A stretch of 64,000 nucleotides of DNA. Origin: Gracilinanus agilis. Lineage: Eukaryota. Below are positions 1 through 64,000 of this stretch, in pieces. Each line of letters begins with the position of its first letter. Positions within the stretch are counted from its first letter, which is position 1. The stretch covers positions 673,035,104 through 673,099,103 of the forward strand of contig NC_058130.1 of NCBI RefSeq assembly GCF_016433145.1. The letters run 5' to 3'. Position numbers and translations under genes: made by a program. The notes below the pieces were generated by a model. The model was given only the letters and a program-made list of their open reading frames with translations. It was not told the origin of the DNA and did no database searches.

Positions 1-488
1 TGGAATACTATTGTGCTAAAAGGAATAATAAACTGGAGGAGTTCCAGGTGAACTGGAGAGACCTCCGGGAACTGATGCAGAGCGAAAGGAGCAGAGCCAG
101 AAGAACATTGTACACAGAGACTGATATACTGTGGTAAAATTGAATGTAATGGACCTCTGTACCAGCAGCAATACAATGACCCAGGACAATTCTGAGGGAT
201 TTTTGGTAAAGATGCTACCCACATTCAGAGGAAGGACTGCAGGAGAGGAAACATATAAGAAAAACAACTGCTTGAACGCATGGGTCAGGGTGGACATGAC
301 TGAGGGTGTAGACTCGAAACTACCACACCAATGCAACTACCAACAACTTGGAAATTGGTCTTGTTCAAGGACACATGACAAAACTAGTGGAAACGCGCAG
401 CGGCCAAGGGGTGGGGGGGTGCGGGGGGGGGGTTGAAGGGGAAAGGTGGAGCATGAATCATGTAACCATGTTAAAAATGAATATTAAT

Positions 489-535
<47 letters not shown>
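1..535 (+). mobile_element. 3' end of a young L1 (opossum L1-type): ORF2 C-terminus, 3' UTR, poly(A)
   Basis: Frame from 3 reads EYYCAKRNNKLEEFQVNWRDLRELMQSERSRARRTLYTETDILW* (stop 135-137); G-rich tract ~408-432; AATAAA 486-491; pure A40 at 496-535. Confidence 0.92.
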
Positions 536-536
<1 letters not shown>

Positions 537-1184
537 TGCCTCTGCCGTCTGATATCCTATCCGGCTCCAGGACTGCTCCAGGAAGTGGTCCCGGAATCAT
601 TGTGCGGCTACCACGTATGCGCCGTGTTCTACCCATCCGAATGGTCTGCGAGAGCCAGGGTGGGACGGCGGCTCTCAATTAGGCTTTGGGTTTGGGAAGA
701 GCTGGGATCAAGTTCTAGTCTGACATACTCGGGCTGTGTGACATCGCGATGACGTGCTTTGGTGGAAGTGTCTTCGTCAGGGAGCTCCCTGTGCCAATGA
801 AATCCTAGGTCTGGGGCCCAAAGAAAGGCGTTCTATGATCACTGTGCTGTAGCTACAGAGATGGTGCAGTGGGTAGAGTGCCGAGTCTGGACTTAGGATG
901 ACCTGAGTCCAAATCCAGCCTCACACCCTTCCTTACTCACGGTGTGGCCCTGATCCCTTTTGTCTAGCCTTCGCCCTTCCATCTTAGAGGACTTAACGAG
1001 GACAGAAAGTAAGGGTTAAAAAAACAACAGACTCTAGGATGCAAAAGCACAGGGTGAGCTGGTGTTATGTGATACATGAGCCACCTCAAATTGATCATGT
1101 TCTTTGCAGCACGAGGATTTCTACAGGGAATAAGTTATTTTGAATACTTTAAAAACACAACAAATATTTTTGGTACTTGTACTG

Positions 1185-1510
1185 TTTAATGAAATAGAAA
1201 AGTCAAGATTGCACAAATAGCTCTTTAGAACATAAAACTAAATGTTTTTGTCCATAGCAATTAATTATATTCAGCATTTATAATATGCAGTACAAAAGTG
1301 TTCTGCGTTTACATGATATAAATTGCATATAGTATCATGATTAAACAATGATAATGACATTAATTAATGCTGTGGGATCCATCTTGTTCAGACTTTGGTG
1401 TTTCCCACATGTTGAAGGGAAAAAAAAGGCAGGTAGATGATTTATTGAATTTTGATCCTGTATTCCAAATGCAATGATGACGGGAGACTTACAAGGATGT
1501 TCCTTTTATT
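1185..1510 (-). promoter_or_regulatory. Candidate WASHC5 polyadenylation signals in the 3' UTR
   Basis: Minus-strand AATAAA at 1505-1510 and 1441-1446, ATTAAA at 1185-1190, in AT-rich sequence after the stop. Which is used cannot be told from sequence. Confidence 0.35.
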
Positions 1511-1522
1511 ATTTAAAAAAAG

Positions 1523-58424
<56,902 letters not shown>

Positions 58425-60296
58425 CTATATACAGGAGGGAAAAAGTGAACAATTTGCATGATGTACATCAAAATGCAATTTACATAAGCTCTCATGAGGA
58501 CAGGGAGACCATTTAATTATTTAGTGACTTCATAAGTAAAATATTTGAAAATAAGAATGACTAAACTTCACCAATCACCTACAAACCAATCATCTCTACA
58601 AGATTTGTTATCTGCTCTACTTAGGAGGCAATGGTAACTGGCTCAAAGGCTGATAAAAGTAGACCTCCTCAAAGTCAAGCATACCTCCCTCTCATTATCT
58701 TCAATTTAAAAGATTATTTCCTGATTCAACAAATTTGAGCATGCCTCTTCCTGACTACTAGAAAAAACAATCATACATTACAAATGAAATGAAAGGATCA
58801 TAAAATCTTAGAGTTGAAAGGGACCTCAGAGGCAATTTAATTCAAGCAATTTATCAACAAGCATTTATTAATCATCTGCTGTATGTTTACCACTGTGAAT
58901 ACAAAGACTAATCTGACATGGTTTGTCTGAATAATCTCCTCTTTTAATAGTTTCCCCAACAAGTGGTAATGTAGCCTTTGCTAGGAGACCTTCAGTAAGG
59001 GGGACCCATAATTACCTGAGGCAGCTCATTCCATTTCTCTAGAAAGTTCTAATTTTTTGGGAATGTTTTCCTTGTATTATACTTAAATCTGCCTCTACAG
59101 AATAAGTCTATTACCTTGTATGAGTGATAGCTCCTCAAATACCCAAAGATAGCTGGCTATTGTGGCCCTCCTAAAGCATCTAGGTGCCACGCTAAATAAC
59201 CTAAATTTCTTCATCTTGCTCCCATAAGATATGATCTTTAAGGCCGTTGCTATCTAGGTTGCCTTCTGGATGTCAGCAGTTGAACTTCAACCTTCTAATA
59301 ACTTATCTTTCTCAGGAGACCCCTCTCCTCATCTACTGATATCAGCCTGAACTCATCCCTTGGTAGTTAAAATAGTACCCCTGCTCCTTATTCTCCCTAT
59401 TCCAGTGATACTGAACCCTTAACTAAAGAACACCACCTCTTCCTCTACCATAAGCCCTGCTATTTTCTTCCTCATCCCTCAACTCCCTCCCCAAAGCTCC
59501 ACTATAAATCTACTGTACTCTCTGGGGTCTCTGTTCTATAATTAAAAAGCTTCCTCTCTTATAACTCTTCCTTTCTCACTCTTTCTATTGTCTAGCCCTC
59601 AATGAGTCTCCAATTCCTCTTGAAGACATGGTATAATGATCAAAATTGGTGAAAACAAAAAATACTTGAAATATTAAAAATGAAAGATATGGAATACATC
59701 AGAAACAACTTAAGCATGAACAATTTATTGGTCGCACATACAAATAAGTATGATATAAGGTTGAATGTTATAAAAACAAAAGAGAGATACAAAGTGTGAT
59801 TACATATTTTCAAATAGGAGGAACAGAGATGGCTGAATAGAAGAAATAATACCTAGTAATGGTTTTGGAGTGAAAGACTTCACTAGAAATACAGTCTTAG
59901 CTATGACTACCTGTGTCACTTGGGGTAAGTCACTTAACATTTCTGAGCCTATTTTCCCATCTGTAAGATGACTTCTAGGGCTATTCCAGCTCTAAATTTG
60001 AGTGCTAATCTTCCTGAAGGACATATAGTGGAAATTATGACCATTTGACCTCAGGTCACCATCCTGGCAGTACCTTTCAGTAACCTGCTAAAATATTCCA
60101 AGGCTTTCCAAGTGGACATCAGAAACAGAAGGCACAAATAATGACTTGAAAATCTAGGTCATCTCAGCCCCTATCTTGATGCACTTAAAAAGAAGTGATT
60201 GTGAGAGACCGTTGTCTTCTCACACTCTCCAGGGAAACAGGAAGGAACATCCTCTCCCAAGCGCAGTTCCACTAAACTCTTTCAAGCTTTAGTTTT

Positions 60297-60480
60297 TTTT
60301 TTTTTTACATTTATTAATATTTTTTTAGAATAGTTAACATGGTTACATGACTTATGCTCTTACTTTCCCCTTCACCCCCCCCCCCCCCCCATGGCTGATA
60401 TGCATTTCTACTGTTTTAACATGTGTCATTGATCAAGACCTATTTCCAAATTGTTGATAGTTGCATTGGTGTGGTAGTTT
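60297..60480 (-). mobile_element. 5'-truncated L1 (3' UTR only) with TSD
   Basis: Reverse complement resembles the L1 3' UTR at 315-495; flanked by tttcaagctttagtttt at 60280-60296 and 60478-60494; empty site reads TTT|AAAA, the L1 endonuclease consensus. Confidence 0.9.
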
Positions 60481-60805
60481 CAAGCTTTAGTTTTAAAACA
60501 AAACAAAAAACCCAATCCTGAACAAATTAGAATAAGGGGTGGTCTGTTGTCAAACATAGTTGAGTAGCTGTAGGGAGAAGGAAAGTTTCTGAGGCACAGA
60601 CAGGCTGGAGCAGCTGGATCAGGAAGGTCTGGGACCTCAGATCTGGCTCTGGACCACAATGAAGTGTTAGTATAGGATAAGGGCGGAGAATATATGTTGG
60701 TGCCATGGAAAGCCAAAGCTGTAGGGAGTATAGGTTGAGCTAGATAATTTTTAACATTGCCTGCATTCAGGCTTCTGAAACATTTAATTTAATCTATTTA
60801 TTTTT

Positions 60806-60996
60806 AAAACCCTTACCTTCCATCTTGGAATCAATAATGTAAGGTTCCAAGGCAGAAGAGTGGTAAGGGCCAGGCAATGGTAGTTAAGTGACTTGTCCAG
60901 GGTCATACAGCTAGGAAGTATTTGAGGTGAGATTTGAACCTAGGACCTTCTGTCTCTAGGCCTGGCTCTCAATCCATTGAGCCACCCAGCTGCCCA
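60806..60996 (-). mobile_element. Older opossum SINE
   Basis: Same family words. Confidence 0.8.
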
Positions 60997-61532
60997 CTTC
61001 TGAAACATTTTAGACAACCTTTCTGACCTCAATCTTTTTCTTCTTCTGGTTTCATATTCATCTCAACCTCCTGGGGCCTTCCTCTCCTCATTACTATTAC
61101 CTGGAAAACCATTTTAGGAAGGACCTCAGTCATGCTTTACTTCATTCTTACATGGAAACTCTCCAGAAGTTTCCTCATTCTCCCATATAGGTAGATTTCA
61201 TCCCTGATCCCCACCTTTCTATTCCCTGTATTTTTTGTCTTCCATTCGAATATAAACTACTTTAGGGTACAGACTGCCTTATTTGTTTATATTTGTGTCA
61301 CTAGTGCTTAGTAAGGTGCCTTAAATATAGTAAGTGATAAGTGCATTTACTATACTCTTTTTTTATCCATCCATCTATTTGATCTATTTAGGATTTTGGC
61401 CCTTTGGATAAACTGAGATACTGACTCAGCTTGTGCTTTAGAATTTGCTCTTTTAAATTTCAAATCAGACTCCACTCTCCCTTCTTTCTTTCCCCATGAT
61501 GGGATGCATCCTTTCCAAGTCAGTGATTGTCC

Positions 61533-61534
<2 letters not shown>

Positions 61535-61573
<39 letters not shown>
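61535..61573. repeat. (AC)19 microsatellite
   Basis: Read directly. Confidence 0.95.
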
Positions 61574-61574
<1 letters not shown>

Positions 61575-61659
61575 CTCAAAAATTAAAGGGAACTTGAAGG
61601 CCATTCCAGGATCCCTAATAGTTACAGACTCCAAGCAATAATATTCTGAGGATATAGGG

Positions 61660-61872
61660 AACTGATAGCAAACCTTTTAGAGACCAAGTGCCCAAACTGG
61701 ACCTACACACTGCATGTGAGCCTCCCCCTTGGCCTAGCCGGGAGGGAGGAAGCGCTCCCATTAGCCTGCTAGGCAGAGGGGCAGGTGATGATAGAAATGT
61801 CATTAGGCACAGTGGAGAGGGGAAGGAAAGCAGCCCCCAATGGCAAGTGTGCCATAATATTCACTAAGCATT
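61660..61872 (+). mobile_element. hAT MITE, same family as 38781-40250, degraded ends
   Basis: Shared internal words; left end aactgatagcaaacc preceded by atataggg. Confidence 0.6.
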
Positions 61873-62195
61873 TAACTGTGCTCAAAAAGGCACTGGGACA
61901 AGACAAAACCAATATCAAAATTTAAGAAAGTGAGGCAAAGGGTCAGGAAGAAAATAGGATACTCAGGTCAGGGAAGACTTACCTTTTTAAACTAAAGCAG
62001 AAAAAACCTGCACTCTGAATCAAAGAATTGTTTATAGGAAAGAATCCTAAAATGTGACTTAAGAGATAAATTGTTCATTACATGAGGCAGCATGACATAA
62101 TGAAAAGAAGTACTGGAATAAGGCTTGGTTGCTGGTGGGGCTAGTTGTCTGACCTTGGACTTCTCTTCTCCTCTACCTTAAAAGGAATGAGTTGG

Positions 62196-62400
62196 GGGCA
62201 GCTAGGTAGCACAGTAGATAGAGAGTTAGGCCTGCAGTCAAGAAGACTTGGGCTCAAATCTGACCTCAGATACTTTCTAGCTGCATGACCCTGGCCTTAC
62301 TCCCTTAAACTCAAATTTCCTATCTGTTTCCTCTCTTCTGCCTTAGAAGTGATACTTAGTATCCATTCTAAAATAGAATGTTAAGGATTTAAAAAAAAAA
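62196..62400 (+). mobile_element. Older opossum SINE
   Basis: gggggcagctaggtagcacagtagatagag... with A-rich tail. Confidence 0.8.
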
Positions 62401-62897
62401 GATGAATGAATTGAGTCAGACAAGCTCTACAATCTCTTTAGCTCTACCAGTCTGATTTTTCATGACCTCCAAATATTAAGTATAAATCATCAGAGCTGAA
62501 TTCTGCAACAATCACACAGCTACTTAGTGGAAGAACCAGAGAGCCATAGTCATTTGATTCCCAGTCAATGTTATTCTCTTCACTATACCATGAGATGTTT
62601 TACAGCAGTTAACCTACAATGAAATTCATGTCAAAACGTTAAGTGTGGAAAATGCAAGGAGATAAGAAAATGACTTGAAATAGGAAGGGGTAATGCTAAA
62701 AAAAAAAAAGATTCATTGTTACAGAAAACTAAAGATTTCTAGTAAAACACCAAATCTCCAGCAGTGTTCACAGAAGAGTGCCACTGGAGCCAATGGATAA
62801 AAATATCTGGTTATGAGAAAAGAGTGCTTTGTAAGTGGGGAATTCATTAGGCTTGAAGGAGGCAGCATAGTATGCTTGAAAGAATGATGGTCTAGAT

Positions 62898-63061
62898 CAG
62901 GGGTCGGCAACCTTTTTGGCCGTGAGAGCCATAAACGTCACATTTTTTAAAATGTAATTTCGTGAGAGCCGTACAGTGCTCACAGTGCGCTCCTGTAACA
63001 GCGCCTGAAAAAAATTGACTTTATGGCTCCTGCAGAACGAGCCATATGTTGCTGACCCCTG
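62898..63061. mobile_element. hAT (Charlie-type) MITE, 164 bp
   Basis: TIRs CAGGGGTCGGCAAC / GTTGCTGACCCCTG (13/14); flanks gtctagat / gtctagga fit the NTCTAGAN target; several CpGs retained. Confidence 0.9.
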
Positions 63062-63395
63062 GTCTAGGAGGTAAGAGATGTGGAGATTTGAGCCCTGCTT
63101 CTTTCAGAGATCAAAGGACTTAGAAGGGCCTTTAAATAGTTTAGAGAGAATGTAAGCCATCTATTCACACGAAAAGACTATTGTATTCTCCATAGCAAAC
63201 CAAGAAATTGGCTTTTTGTAAGAAAACAGCCTTACAAGTTTGGATAATGTTTAACAGTTTTCCTCTGCTCCAACAATTTCTATATAGACTGGTTTTTACA
63301 GTTAATGTCTCAAAACCTCAGAGAACATCCTGGATCCAAGGTAGTCCTACTAAAATACAGCAACATTTGAGGCAGAGTGAAACTATTTGCTAGTC

Positions 63396-63588
63396 CAGTG
63401 GTTCCCAAACTTTTTTGGCCTACCCCCCCTTTCCAGAAAAAATATTACTTAGCCCCCTGGAAATTAATTTTTAAAAAATTTTAAAAGCAATTAATAGAAA
63501 AGATAAATGCACCTGTGGCCATCACCCTCCCTGCCAGATTGTTGCAGCACCCATCAGGGGGCGGTAGCACCCACTTTGGGAATCACTG
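63396..63588. mobile_element. hAT MITE, 193 bp
   Basis: TIRs CAGTGGTTCCCAAA / TTTGGGAATCACTG (13/14); perfect 8-bp TSD tgctagtc at 63388-63395 and 63589-63596. Confidence 0.92.
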
Positions 63589-64000
63589 TGCTAGTCTTTG
63601 AAGTTCACCATTATTGTAGGTTGTGTTTGTTTCATCACAGAATGGATGATAGCTAGGTAAGGGAAGCACATCTGAGCTTTCTACAATGCAATATGTACAA
63701 CCACCAGCATGGTGATCAAAACATCAGGAAGACATGGTAAATAACCATGTTAGGTCCCATGACTTAACAAAGCAGGGAATTCATTTATAATCTTGCACAA
63801 TGGATTCAGGAAGTTCTTAGGCACAAAAATGCGATACTGTGTGGCTTGAAGACAATATCATAGAACTTTGGTTAGTAAAAGCCATCTCTGGTATGGATAT
63901 AATTTTAAAAGTTCCATGGCTTCTAAACATTAGCACTGTTATCTGGCACAATGATATAGAACATGAAAGTGAAGCCAAACCACTGGGAAAACCAGAGTGA

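Noticed and set aside
484-682. Poly-Lys / poly-Phe ORFs
   Set aside because: Translation of the L1 poly(A) tail.
536-1180. Expected SQLE last exon (convergent neighbour in human)
   Set aside because: No frame resembling the SQLE C-terminus was found; it probably lies left of the L1.
58874-58885. CAT ACA GCA GAT (HTAD) on the minus strand, resembling the end of WASHC5 exon 9
   Set aside because: Followed by GAT TAA with no donor, not preceded by WLML codons, and lying in repeat-like sequence; exon 9 is outside the window.

Overview
Vertebrate (marsupial) genomic DNA, most likely Monodelphis domestica or a close didelphid, judged from its SINE and L1 families. The window holds the 3' two-thirds of WASHC5 (strumpellin/KIAA0196) on the minus strand: 20 coding exons (exons 10-29 by human numbering, 58424 down to the stop at 1523), all GT-AG, totalling 2330 nt with no frame break. 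The standout is a 5.1-kb L1-made processed copy of ZNF106 inside WASHC5 intron 26, on the same strand as the host (18833-23914, perfect 14-bp TSD, AATAAA and A-tail). It appears to record an unusual parental mRNA. Its homology stops at a GTATGT donor-like site and reads into apparent intron (a WD40-less, intronically polyadenylated isoform). Its only frame break is a 5-nt loss best explained by a tandem splice acceptor. This leaves a 106-aa zinc-finger ORF overlapping a clean 1168-codon ORF, plus a cryptic acceptor in frame with WASHC5 exon 26. The introns also contain a 5'-truncated env-less ERV with a solo LTR nested in its integrase, several solo LTRs with 4-bp TSDs, a MITE>LTR>SINE nest, hAT MITEs, L1/L2/L3 fragments and many SINEs. 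Two short duplications flanking N gaps look like assembly artefacts. Gene, family and human-residue identities are recalled from memory, not from database searches.
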